DNA from: Spirochaetia bacterium
GTDB lineage: Bacteria > Spirochaetota > Spirochaetia > DSM-2461
Length of the DNA: 64,000 nucleotides
Assembly: GCA_963666985.2 (NCBI GenBank)
Contig: CAXXIA010000002.1
Location: forward strand, 1,408,001-1,472,000
Direction: 5' to 3'
Part shown: piece by piece, positions 31,445-40,650 of the stretch
Layout: each line of letters starts with the position of its first letter
Position numbering within the stretch: the first letter of the stretch is position 1
Position numbers and translations under genes: made by a program
Notes under the pieces: generated by a model
The model's input: the letters and a program-made list of their open reading frames with translations, nothing else
The model's database searches: none
What the model was told of the DNA's origin: nothing

Positions 31445-32272
31445 TTATAGGCCGATTCCCAGCGTTCCCTGCTTTTTATTATCATCGCCGAAACCCCGCA
31501 GTGCGTCTCTTTCCCACTGTGCTTCAACGGGCGCCGGTAGATTATTATACGCCAGACGAAGTTTTTCCAGAGAAGATAAGGTTCTGAAGGAATCGGGAAC
31601 CTTACTGAGACGATTCATGGAAAGATCAAGAGAACGCAGACTCTGCAGACGATGCCATTCGGCGGGCAGGTCCGTCAACGCATTCCCTCTAAGATTCAAT
31701 ATTCGAAGATTTTTCAGCCGGCCGATATCCTTGGGAAGCTTCTCCAGATTGTTATAGGAAAGGTTCAGCGCCGAAAGACGCGGCAGCTTAAAGAGTGATT
31801 TCGGGAACTCATTGATTCGATTTCTCGCGAAATCAAGAACTCGGAGACTCTTGGCCTCGGCGGCCGCGTCGGGAAGCCGTGTTATACCGATTCCCCTGAT
31901 AACAAGCACTTCAAGATTGGGCAGCAGAAACAATCCCCGAGGCAGGCGGAAATTCCCGCTGAGATCGCTCCGGATGAATCTGACTCGCGTAACCCTATGC
32001 TTCAGAAGAAAAGTGTCGGGAGAATGACCGAGAAGTTCGTACATCGCGTACAAAAGCGACGAACTGCCGTCGATATCCTTGAAGAATCCGTCCGTTTTCA
32101 AGTATCCCTTGGAATCGATGCGGCAGCCGTAAAAAAACTCTTCGCAAAGTTCCTCGTAGTTGGGTTTTTTTCTGAGTCCGGCGATAAGCGTATCGATTTC
32201 GGAATACTCGGCCGTAATAAACGTATAGCGAAGCCTGTCGACCAAATCCTTACGGCCCGACGGAGAAATCAT
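31445..32272 (-). CDS. Leucine-rich repeat protein
   Basis: About six 23-aa LxxLxLxxNxLxxLP repeats in the C-terminal half. Confidence 0.85.
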   Translation of the reverse strand: MISPSGRKDLVDRLRYTFITAEYSEIDTLIAGLRKKPNYEELCEEFFYGCRIDSKGYLKTDGFFKDIDGSSSLLYAMYELLGHSPDTFLLKHRVTRVRFIRSDLSGNFRLPRGLFLLPNLEVLVIRGIGITRLPDAAAEAKSLRVLDFARNRINEFPKSLFKLPRLSALNLSYNNLEKLPKDIGRLKNLRILNLRGNALTDLPAEWHRLQSLRSLDLSMNRLSKVPDSFRTLSSLEKLRLAYNNLPAPVEAQWERDALRGFGDDNKKQGTLGIGL

Positions 32273-32320
32273 GCATTACCCTCAGGGATATTCATGATAA
32301 CAGGAAGGTACGGCCGCTTG

Positions 32321-32542
32321 TCACTCTAAATCCCAAGGATCGGGCTCAACATCCTCATCTTCGTCGGTTCCGTATTGGCGCTCCCAGGCTTCGCTGTCGA
32401 GATCATCATAAGAATCGCCCCAATCGTTTTCGTCGTAATAAGGATCGTCCTGGTGCTCCTGTTCCTGTTCCAAATTCTCAAGGTCATCCAGTGAAATGGT
32501 TTTGTCTTCATCTTCCTCTTCGGAAGTGTCCCAGTCCGACAT
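32321..32542 (-). CDS. Small, highly acidic hypothetical protein
   Basis: GGAGG RBS before ATG at 32542; roughly 45% Asp/Glu. Confidence 0.75.
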   Translation of the reverse strand: MSDWDTSEEEDEDKTISLDDLENLEQEQEHQDDPYYDENDWGDSYDDLDSEAWERQYGTDEDEDVEPDPWDLE

Positions 32543-32695
32543 AGCTTCCTCCATTCCTACCCTAGATAATAGCCCTGAGACGTATGGTCTTCCAGAGACA
32601 AAACACTATTTTCTTCGGATATTTTTCAAGCTGCCGAAGGTCTCTGTAATTCGGGCCGCGATTCACTCCGATGATTAATTGTAGGGAGGACAGCC

Positions 32696-32869
32696 ATGAC
32701 CCGATACGAACGAATCAGACAGGAAATCATCGCCATTGAACGGGAAATCGCCACGCTGCGTCACGTGGTTCGGGACGAGAAGGAAAAGGAAGCTTTTCGC
32801 AATATCTGCCTTCGGAACGAGCATATTCGGGACGCTTTTTCAGGAATGAACGCATCCGGATCGATTTAA
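32696..32869 (+). CDS. Small hypothetical protein (57 aa), absent from the ORF track
   Basis: GGGAGGA RBS 5 nt before ATG; MTRYERIRQEIIAIEREIATLRHVVRDEKEKEAFRNICLRNEHIRDAFSGMNASGSI; coiled-coil-like N-terminus. Confidence 0.7.
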   Translation: MTRYERIRQEIIAIEREIATLRHVVRDEKEKEAFRNICLRNEHIRDAFSGMNASGSI

Positions 32870-32926
32870 GAACTGAAACTCGCCATATTTTCGGCCAATT
32901 TTCGAATAAGACCGCATAAAGCGGTT

Positions 32927-33418
32927 TTATTCGAGACTCACCGCATCCGGACCGCCCAGAACACGCAGCGCTCTTTCGATATCATCCGATAAAGACGCCA
33001 TCTTCACGGCCGAGGGCGGCGTGTAAAGCAAGGCGTCGGCCAATCCCAATTCCCGGGCACGGGTATCCCAAAGATCGGCCAATCGATCCATAGTCACCGT
33101 ATCGTGCACGGATTTATCGAACAAATCGTTCCTTGCCGCTTCCATCCAGGATCTTAAGGCCGCCGGATCGGGCCAGGCTCCGAGCAGAATCTGCCTGGGC
33201 CATCGAAGCGTTAGGGAAACGGAATAGAAAAACGAAACTTCGCCCAGTTCCTTTAGGGATCGGTGATATTCCAACTCCAACCCCAGCGAACCGGCAAGAA
33301 GGAAGTCAACTTCCGCCAAGGCTCGGAGAAACATATCGACGGACGACAGCATCCGCTCTCGTTCCTCGGCTGCGCTCGGGAAGGAGAATCTGATTCTGTA
33401 TGATATTTCCTGAGTCAT
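32927..33418 (-). CDS. Hypothetical protein
   Basis: ORF with protein-like composition; probable start MTQEISY. Confidence 0.6.
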   Translation of the reverse strand: MTQEISYRIRFSFPSAAEERERMLSSVDMFLRALAEVDFLLAGSLGLELEYHRSLKELGEVSFFYSVSLTLRWPRQILLGAWPDPAALRSWMEAARNDLFDKSVHDTVTMDRLADLWDTRARELGLADALLYTPPSAVKMASLSDDIERALRVLGGPDAVSLE

Positions 33419-33481
33419 CGCTTTCCGTCCATTTTGCCTCCGCTTCCTTAATCGCGGCAAGAGACATTAACCGGAGAGTCG

Positions 33482-33530
33482 AAAAAAAATGAAAGCCGCG
33501 CCGGTACGAAGATCGGCGCGGCTCTCATTA
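33482..33530 (-). terminator. Intrinsic terminator of the fusA operon
   Basis: Stem ATGAAAGCCGCGCCGG / TCGGCGCGGCTCTCAT with an A8 run on the + strand (U-run on the - strand). Confidence 0.8.
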
Positions 33531-33543
33531 TGGGATTCAAGAA

Positions 33544-34260
33544 TTAAAGATCTGCGATAAGAAGAGATTTAGGATCAAGCTTCAAGGGTAAATCCTTGGA
33601 AAGAAAAACATCGTGATCCTTAACCAAATAGAGATGAAGGTAATCTTTTTCGGCCTTCAAAGTAACGATAACGTCAATTATATCGAGGAAGGACTCCAGG
33701 TTCGTGGGAATACCCTTGCTGTTGAGCACCGGTCCGTCGATGTCTTCGCGGTGATAATCGTCCGTGAACCAGATTCCCAGCTTCTTCTGAACCGCAAACT
33801 CTTTATATGCCTTCACGTCGTCTTGAGAAGCTTTGGTAAAATCGAAGCCGTCAATGAAAAGGGCACTGGTTTCGGCCTGGCCGCCATGCTCCATCATGGC
33901 GGTAATACCGGCCAGAACCTGCTTTACGGAAGTGCCCTGCTGGTTAAAGTTCATAATCACGCGGTTCTGGATTATCTCATCATGGATATCCATGGCGTTC
34001 TCAAGATCACGCTTTCGGCTGATTTCCGTAAAGATATCCTCATACCATTGAATGATATGATCCACTCTCTTTGAGTAGGAAACATGAATAACGTGTTTTC
34101 CCGCCATGAGCTTGTCGGTGGCGATATGCACCAAGCAGGCGGTTTTGCCGATGCCGCGGCGGGATGCCACGACGCCTATGTTGCCCTCACCGACACCGCC
34201 GCGGGTGGAATTGTCGAGCTTTCGGAGAGGGCTCTTTTTGATGAGTTCCTGTTTTACCAT
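33544..34260 (-). CDS. RecA/KaiC-like P-loop ATPase domain protein
   Basis: Walker A-like ASRRGIGKTA and Walker B-like LFIDG; starts 3 nt after the fusA stop. Confidence 0.7.
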   Translation of the reverse strand: MVKQELIKKSPLRKLDNSTRGGVGEGNIGVVASRRGIGKTACLVHIATDKLMAGKHVIHVSYSKRVDHIIQWYEDIFTEISRKRDLENAMDIHDEIIQNRVIMNFNQQGTSVKQVLAGITAMMEHGGQAETSALFIDGFDFTKASQDDVKAYKEFAVQKKLGIWFTDDYHREDIDGPVLNSKGIPTNLESFLDIIDVIVTLKAEKDYLHLYLVKDHDVFLSKDLPLKLDPKSLLIADL

Positions 34261-34263
34261 AAA

Positions 34264-36366
34264 TTACCTTCCTTGCTTCCCGGCTTTTCTCTCTTCCTCG
34301 GCCTTCTTAATCAGCTCATCGGCAATCGACTGAGGGACCTTGGAAAACTTCGCGAACTCCATGGTGAATTCCGCTTTACCTTGGGTGGAGGAGCGCAGCG
34401 ACGTGGAATAACCGAACATCTCGCTTAAAGGCACTTCGGCTTCCACGGAACAGTTCACGCCCTCTTCATGTGATGCCACTATCATACCCCGGCGCTGGTT
34501 GATGCTGCCGAAAATATTTCCTTGAAATTCCGTGGGCCCCTCAACGACGACTTTCATAATGGGTTCGAGGATAACCGGACCGGCTTTCTTGTAGGCTTCC
34601 CTGAAGCCCATCAGCGCCGCGGTTTGGAACGCCATATCCGAAGAGTCCACCGCGTGGGAGGCACCGTCGACAACCGTCATTTTAACGTTCACCACAGGGA
34701 AGCTCAGAAGAGAACCCTTCTCCATGGCCGTCCGGAATCCCTTATCACAGGAAGGAATGTATTCGGTGGGAATATTCCCGCCCTTTACCAGGCTCTCAAA
34801 AAGGTAGTTGTCTTCGCTGTCGGTAATGGGCTCCATAATACCGAGAATCTTGGCGTATTGGCCCGAACCGCCTGTTTGCTTTTTATGGGTGTATTCCCAC
34901 TCAACCCGTTTGGAAATGGCTTCTCTATAGGCAACCTGCGGTGCGCCTGTTTCCACGTCGGCCTTATATTCCCGCCTCATACGCTCCACGTAAACGTCAA
35001 GGTGAAGCTCGCCCATGCCCTGGATGATGGTGTCGTTCGTCTCCGGATCGACATAGGTGCGGAACGTGGGGTCTTCCTTGGTAAAGCGGTTGAGGGCCTT
35101 GGCCATCTTATCGGATGCCGCCTTATCCTTGGCCTTAACCGAGAGGGAAATAACGGGATTGGGTACGTACATGGACGTCATGGACAGATTCAAATCCCCA
35201 CCGCAGAAGGTATCGCCGGAAGCGCAGTCGATGCCGAAAAGAGCAACGATGTCGCCGCAGGAAGCCTCGCTGATGTCTTCCATGGAACTGGCGTGCATAC
35301 GGACCAAACGGCCGACCTTGAATTTCCTCTGATTCCGGACGTTAAACAGCTCACTGCCCTTTCGGATCTCACCCTGATAGATGCGGATATAGGTCAGCTG
35401 ACCGTATTGACCGTCTTCAAGTTTGAACGCCAGGGCCACGGGAGGCTTGGAAGAATCCGAAGGAAGAATGACTTCGGCCTCATTGTTATCCAAATCCAAG
35501 GCTTTGTTGGTAATGTCCGGAGGAGCCGGCAGATATCGGATAACCGCGTCCAAAAGAGGCTGGACGCCCTTGTTTTTGTATGCGCTGCCGATGTAGACCG
35601 GAACCAGCTCATTGGCGAGGGTTCCTTTCCGAATCGCATCGTGGATTAAGTCCACAGGAATATCATCCCCTTCCATCACCTTCTCCATCAAATCATCGTT
35701 GAACATGGAGAGGGCCTCAAGCATGATTTCCCGTTTTTCTTCGGCTTCCGAAAGGAGTTCCGCCGGGATTTCGGCCTCGCGAACGGCATAGGTTTCGTCG
35801 CCGTCGAAGTAAAGGGCTTTCATGGTGACCAAATCAACAACGCCGACATGAGCGTCTTCCAAACCGATGGGAACCTGCATCAGCACGGCGTTCAGACCCA
35901 GCTTTTCTTCCAGCTGATCCCGGACTCTGTAGGGATTGGCCCCGGTCCGGTCGGTTTTGTTGACAAAGGCGATACGGGGAACTCCGTAGCGCTTGAGCTG
36001 CCGGTCGACGGTGATGGACTGAGACTGAACACCTCCGACCGAGCAGAGAACCAGAATGGCCCCGTCCAGAACACGGAGGGCCCGTTCCACTTCGATGGTG
36101 AAGTCCACGTGTCCCGGAGTGTCGATGATGTTGATGGGATGATCCTTCCAGGTAACGTTGGTAGCCGCCGAAGCGATGGTGATACCCCGCTCCTTCTCCA
36201 ATTCCATGGAGTCCATCGTGGCGCCGACGCCGTCCTTTCCCCGTACTTCATGAATGGCATGGATTTTTTGACAGAAGAAAAGGATACGTTCCGAAAGGGT
36301 TGTTTTTCCCGAGTCGATATGCGCGGATATTCCGATATTGCGCATCTTAGTGATGTCAAGACTCAT
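34264..36366 (-). CDS. fusA: Elongation factor G (spdEFG1-type, not in the str operon)
   Basis: [40 protein letters not shown] and [11 protein letters not shown] motifs. Confidence 0.96.
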   Translation of the reverse strand: MSLDITKMRNIGISAHIDSGKTTLSERILFFCQKIHAIHEVRGKDGVGATMDSMELEKERGITIASAATNVTWKDHPINIIDTPGHVDFTIEVERALRVLDGAILVLCSVGGVQSQSITVDRQLKRYGVPRIAFVNKTDRTGANPYRVRDQLEEKLGLNAVLMQVPIGLEDAHVGVVDLVTMKALYFDGDETYAVREAEIPAELLSEAEEKREIMLEALSMFNDDLMEKVMEGDDIPVDLIHDAIRKGTLANELVPVYIGSAYKNKGVQPLLDAVIRYLPAPPDITNKALDLDNNEAEVILPSDSSKPPVALAFKLEDGQYGQLTYIRIYQGEIRKGSELFNVRNQRKFKVGRLVRMHASSMEDISEASCGDIVALFGIDCASGDTFCGGDLNLSMTSMYVPNPVISLSVKAKDKAASDKMAKALNRFTKEDPTFRTYVDPETNDTIIQGMGELHLDVYVERMRREYKADVETGAPQVAYREAISKRVEWEYTHKKQTGGSGQYAKILGIMEPITDSEDNYLFESLVKGGNIPTEYIPSCDKGFRTAMEKGSLLSFPVVNVKMTVVDGASHAVDSSDMAFQTAALMGFREAYKKAGPVILEPIMKVVVEGPTEFQGNIFGSINQRRGMIVASHEEGVNCSVEAEVPLSEMFGYSTSLRSSTQGKAEFTMEFAKFSKVPQSIADELIKKAEEERKAGKQGR

Positions 36367-36742
36367 GAGTGCCTACCTCAATTTGTTCCCCGTCCTTCGA
36401 ACGGGGTTTTGTTTTTCTATATAGTTACTTACCGTTAAGGGGGATATTCCAAAGAAGTTTTCGTAGTATATCCACGCTCTCTTTTTTGGTCCATACCCCT
36501 ACCTAATTGTATGAAAAAACGGTTCGTTTATGATGAGTCCGCGATCAACGTCATCTTCTCGACATCTTCTCGGCTTCATAATCGCCGAAAAATCGAATCG
36601 GACCGGGATGGAAGCCCCGAAGATCGAACCGACTCCTTTCGGCAATGCCATCCGGCATCGCTTGATCCTGAAAGTCCGACGACTTTGGGAATGATCGGCA
36701 TTTTTGTCTTGATCGCCGCCAATTCCCTTGCTATCCTGCGGC

Positions 36743-37279
36743 ATGGAGAAGCTTTTCCTTTCATACAACCAGATTCATTCCACCATCAAGGATATTTCCA
36801 ATCGAATTCAGGGCGACGGTTTTGAATTCGATTATATGATCGCCATCGGTACCGGCGGGTTCATTCCGGCCCGGATGATGAAAACCTTCATCAATCGCCC
36901 CATCATTACCGTCGGATTGGCGTATTACGACCTGGACGACAACAAGATGGAGAAGCCGGTTATTACGCAATGGCTGGATCAGCCGGAAAAGCAGGTGAAA
37001 GGCAAACGGATTCTTCTGGTGGACGAGGTGGACGATACGCGCAGCACCATCGGTTACTGCCTGGAGAAGCTTCTGGAACACGAGCCTGAAGAAATCGCCG
37101 TTGCGGTTCTCCACGACAAGGATAAGCCGAAAACACGGAACATTCCTCCGGAAGTCAAACGGTACTATCGGGGACTGAAAACCGGAGATCAATGGATCTG
37201 TTATCCCTGGGACGCCCTGGACATCTGGGAACAGGACAGGCAGGCGGTTTGGTCCGACCCGCCCGAGGGCGGCGAGTAA
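36743..37279 (+). CDS. Purine phosphoribosyltransferase (xanthine/hypoxanthine-guanine type)
   Basis: AIGTGGFIPAR, PRPP-binding ILLVDEVDDTRST and WICYPW motifs. Confidence 0.87.
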   Translation: MEKLFLSYNQIHSTIKDISNRIQGDGFEFDYMIAIGTGGFIPARMMKTFINRPIITVGLAYYDLDDNKMEKPVITQWLDQPEKQVKGKRILLVDEVDDTRSTIGYCLEKLLEHEPEEIAVAVLHDKDKPKTRNIPPEVKRYYRGLKTGDQWICYPWDALDIWEQDRQAVWSDPPEGGE

Positions 37280-37285
37280 TACGCT

Positions 37286-37906
37286 CTAATCAGCCGAATC
37301 TTTTTGTACGTTCTCCGGTTCTGCGGGTTCCTCTTTTATCGCTTCGAACCACCAGGCAAAGTCGTCCGCGTGATTTTTCACGGCTTCTCGGAACCATACT
37401 TCGACATCGTCGTCGTAGTACCCGCCTTTATCGAATTTCCGCGTAAACCTTCGGCGGGTCATGCCTTCTTTAATGGCCAGAATATAGTAGCGGACTCCCG
37501 GATTGTCATTGGGATTGCTCCGCAGGATTTTCTCCAGGAGACCAAGGGCCTTTGAGCCGTCACCCAGAGCCCATGCCTCTTCTCCCGCGGTGACGAGAGT
37601 TCTGATGATATGGCGGTTTTCCAGGAAACCCCAGAGCAGGGAATCCGGCCAGCGGCCGTCCTTGTCCAGAATCAGCTCCAAAGCCCGGTTTGCGGCAAGA
37701 TCCAGAATATCGTAAGCCTCTTCCTCGTCTCCCATCGCCATCGCCTCTTTAAAGGTATGGAGATACGGTTCAAGAAAATCGGGATCTTCCTCGACGAGTT
37801 CGATCATATCTTCAATGAAATCGTCGGTATTCTCTTCGTCATACTCAGCCAGCATCCGTTCGTATTTCCATTGTGCAGGCCGGTCTTTATCTATAAATTC
37901 CCGCAT
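37286..37906 (-). CDS. Hypothetical TPR-like helical protein
   Basis: Acidic helical ORF with WGFLENRHIIR and LRSNPNDNPGVRY motifs. Confidence 0.65.
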   Translation of the reverse strand: MREFIDKDRPAQWKYERMLAEYDEENTDDFIEDMIELVEEDPDFLEPYLHTFKEAMAMGDEEEAYDILDLAANRALELILDKDGRWPDSLLWGFLENRHIIRTLVTAGEEAWALGDGSKALGLLEKILRSNPNDNPGVRYYILAIKEGMTRRRFTRKFDKGGYYDDDVEVWFREAVKNHADDFAWWFEAIKEEPAEPENVQKDSAD

Positions 37907-37908
37907 TC

Positions 37909-38496
37909 TTACCTCTCAAGTTCCATTATCGCACGAATGGCTTCTTTCGCTGAGCCGGCGCGAATCCCCTCTTCCAACGGATATGAAGATTCCGCGGGAC
38001 CAACGAACCAACAAAGGTTGGGCCGCAGCTCCTCTTTCAGTAACCGAAAAACCCGCCCCACTCTCGGAGCGGAGTTGAATTTACACTCAAGGAAGACAAT
38101 CTTTTCCCCCCGCTCCAAAATCAAGTCCACCTCATTTCCATTGGACGTCTTCAAGAAAGAGGGCCGCCATTCGGAACATGCATTGATGATGTATTCCAAG
38201 ACCCATCCTTCCCAAGACTCACCGACGGAAAGAGATCCATGAACTTGATCGAAATTCTTTAATTCCGGCAGTGCGTGAAGAATACCGGAATCCCGGATGG
38301 AGATTTTCGGACTTTTAATAAGACGTTTTTTCAGATTACGCTCGAACGGAGGCAATAGTCGAACCATAAAAGTCCCTTCCAGAGCATCAATCCGGTTCCC
38401 AACGGTTTTATCCGAAACACCCGGGATGGCTACCGATGGAAACCACGTCAAGATTTTCTCAATATTTGTCTGTATAACACGAGCAATAAAGTTCAC
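37909..38496 (-). pseudogene. AAA_14/DUF4143 ATP-binding protein remnant with an in-frame internal deletion
   Basis: N-terminal FPSVAIPG is joined directly to VSDKTV...KRLIKSPKI.IRDSG, GESWEG and EVDLILE...LECK; Walker A and the AAA core are absent. Confidence 0.72.
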
Positions 38497-38554
38497 AACA
38501 GAACATTAACCATGTTTTTTCGGAATATTAACTCGAAATTACATGGTTAAATTT

Positions 38555-39346
38555 CTATTCCTCGATAATTTCAACATTTCCCATCTCCCCCAAAATCCCG
38601 TCCGCCATCCGCAGGTAATCCAACTCAGCCGGGTTATGTCCGAGCAAAACGCTCCCGACGGCATCGACGGCCACCGGATCGAAAGAAGCGAGGATGAGTC
38701 CCAAGTTCATAGGCGTACCGGCCAAATGCATACCGGTAAGGGCTGTGACGGCATCCACCACGCAGAGATGGGGAGATTTATGAAGACAGACGTCCACAAC
38801 GCTGCGGTCTGTTGAGGGCGAATGCATTTTCGATTTGTTCCAGCTTCCGCAGTACATCGGCCCCGGAACCAAGCCGAACATATTCTTCATGGCGATGGTG
38901 GTACCGGTGAAGGAATGGTCTTTAAGGATGGGAATGGAAATAATCCAGGCATCAATCGCGGCCTTCGGAATATGAAGTTCCGGCCAGCGTACGGCGCCTT
39001 CGGCGTGTGAAATCACTGTGTTATGCGTGTTGAAGTCTTCAAGACGAATATCTTTGCGCCGAGCCAAATCGGCATAGCCCAGGCGTTCGAACACATCGGC
39101 GGTGCGTCCGCTGCCGCAGCCTTCGCCGATGAAAATTTCCGCTTTTGTGCGCGGCCTGAGCCAGTCATAGACAGCCTCCACACAGGCAACCGGCGTGGTA
39201 ACCGGCGGCGGAGAGTCGTTGGTTAAATTGGGCTTAAGGCAGATGGCGCCGGATTGCGGGATTCGCTCGGCGGCACCGATAACCTCCAGAGCCCGGCCGA
39301 CGGATTCGGTATAGGTTGTAAAGGGAATCTTGGCGACTCGGGACAT
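38555..39346 (-). CDS. DUF362 domain protein
   Basis: LKPNL, IGEG, SIPILKDH, TIAMKNMFG, VVDA and DPVAVD motifs. Confidence 0.85.
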   Translation of the reverse strand: MSRVAKIPFTTYTESVGRALEVIGAAERIPQSGAICLKPNLTNDSPPPVTTPVACVEAVYDWLRPRTKAEIFIGEGCGSGRTADVFERLGYADLARRKDIRLEDFNTHNTVISHAEGAVRWPELHIPKAAIDAWIISIPILKDHSFTGTTIAMKNMFGLVPGPMYCGSWNKSKMHSPSTDRSVVDVCLHKSPHLCVVDAVTALTGMHLAGTPMNLGLILASFDPVAVDAVGSVLLGHNPAELDYLRMADGILGEMGNVEIIEE

Positions 39347-39689
39347 GAGATTATGATATCACAACCCAAAAAGCATACAAGTGTTCCGCGGGCGCTTTAA
39401 GCCGTTTCATGCCGGAAGTCGGGCGGAGCGTGTCCGATCGAATCGGCTGAGATGAACGGCGGTGCCGGCGGGGGCGGTATGTGTGCGGAAGGGCGCGCGG
39501 CCTGTTGCGGCGGGGAGCCGACGGGGCAGTATCCGGGGAGAGGTGCGGTCCGCAATGACATTGGGGCGATCCGGCCGGTATCGGTAGGGCCGCCTGAGGT
39601 GTTTCGGGCGGCTGGATGGGGGAGCTTCGAAACTCTGAAGGCCCGAAGGGCCTGAATAAATTTAAAAAAGAACGACTCAATTGAAGCTG

Positions 39690-39707
39690 TGTTAATTTGC
39701 ATTAACA
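39690..39707. promoter_or_regulatory. Palindromic candidate operator upstream of thrH
   Basis: Perfect TGTTAAT-N4-ATTAACA dyad in an AT-rich patch. Confidence 0.4.
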
Positions 39708-39799
39708 TGCAGGGCCGGCCGGCTGATCCTATTCCCGAATACCGCCGCCTTGCCCCCTGGGGCCGTGGTGGCTATCATGTCGCCGAAGAGAGGATTGCC

Positions 39800-40417
39800 A
39801 TGGAGCTTGTCTGTTTGGATCTGGAAGGGGTTCTCGTTCCGGAGATTTGGATTGCGGTGGCCGCGAAGACCGGTCTTGATGAATTGAAGCTGACTACGCG
39901 CGATATCAGTGATTACGACGAGCTGATGAATTACCGTCTGAAGATTTTGGATAGAGAGGGGATTCTTCTTAAGGATATTCAGGAGGTGATTGGGACGCTG
40001 AAGCCGCTTGAGGGGGCGAAGGCGTTTGCCGATACGGTGCGCTCGATAACTCAGCTGGTGATTCTCTCGGACACGTTCGAGCAGTTCGCTTCTCCTCTCA
40101 TGAAGAAGCTGGATTGGCCGACGCTGTTTTGCAATACTTTGGTGACCGGCGAAGACGGGCGGATAACCGGTTACCGTCTCCGGCAGTCCGACGGCAAGCG
40201 AAAGGCTGTGGAGTCATTCCGCGCGATGGGTCTGCGGGTGTTCGCCGCCGGTGATTCCTATAACGATGTGTCGATGATTAAAACGGCTCACGCGGGGATG
40301 TTTTTCCGCGCTCCGCAGTCCATTAAGGACGAGTTCCCACAGTACTCCGTTGTTGAGGATCATGAGGGGCTGCTGGCGGGGATTCAACAATTTCTTGCCG
40401 AAAGGCCGGCCGAATAA
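39800..40417 (+). CDS. thrH: Phosphoserine phosphatase / homoserine phosphotransferase
   Basis: CLDLEGVLVPEIW, TTRDISDYDELM, ILSDTF and AAGDSYND motifs; GAGAGG RBS. Confidence 0.93.
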   Translation: MELVCLDLEGVLVPEIWIAVAAKTGLDELKLTTRDISDYDELMNYRLKILDREGILLKDIQEVIGTLKPLEGAKAFADTVRSITQLVILSDTFEQFASPLMKKLDWPTLFCNTLVTGEDGRITGYRLRQSDGKRKAVESFRAMGLRVFAAGDSYNDVSMIKTAHAGMFFRAPQSIKDEFPQYSVVEDHEGLLAGIQQFLAERPAE

Positions 40418-40441
40418 GCGGGTTACGGGGCGGGCGGAAAA

Positions 40442-40647
40442 AGCAACTTCGCTTTAAATCGGCCCGCTTGCACACTATCCGCAGGCAGAAGTCATCCAGC
40501 AAATTCGTGATAAGGATTTAAGCAACTCTGAAACCACGTTCCGCAAGTACGAGCCATAGAGCAAATTCGTATTAAGGAATTAAGCCTCTTTAAAGAGGCA
40601 GCGCACAATCACGCGCCTTCAAGCAAGTTCGCTTTAAGGATTTAAGC
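40442..40647. repeat. Degenerate tandem array, 26-bp conserved core with a 62-bp period
   Basis: AGCAA(A/G)TTCG....TAAGGA(T/A)TTAAGC at 40498, 40560 and 40622; partial copy at 40442. Confidence 0.8.
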
Positions 40648-40650
40648 CCG

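Noticed and set aside
34522..36438. + strand ORFs over fusA
   Set aside because: Antisense shadows caused by codon bias.
36499..36825. Short ORFs between fusA and the phosphoribosyltransferase
   Set aside because: Mutually overlapping, no RBS or motifs; likely divergent promoter DNA.
39351..39708. Pro/Gly-rich ORFs upstream of thrH
   Set aside because: Composition simply reflects G-rich DNA; no RBS or recognisable domain.
40442..40647. Calling the array a bona fide CRISPR
   Set aside because: Only three degenerate full copies, spacers partly related to each other, no recognisable repeat family and no cas genes; kept as an unexplained repeat.
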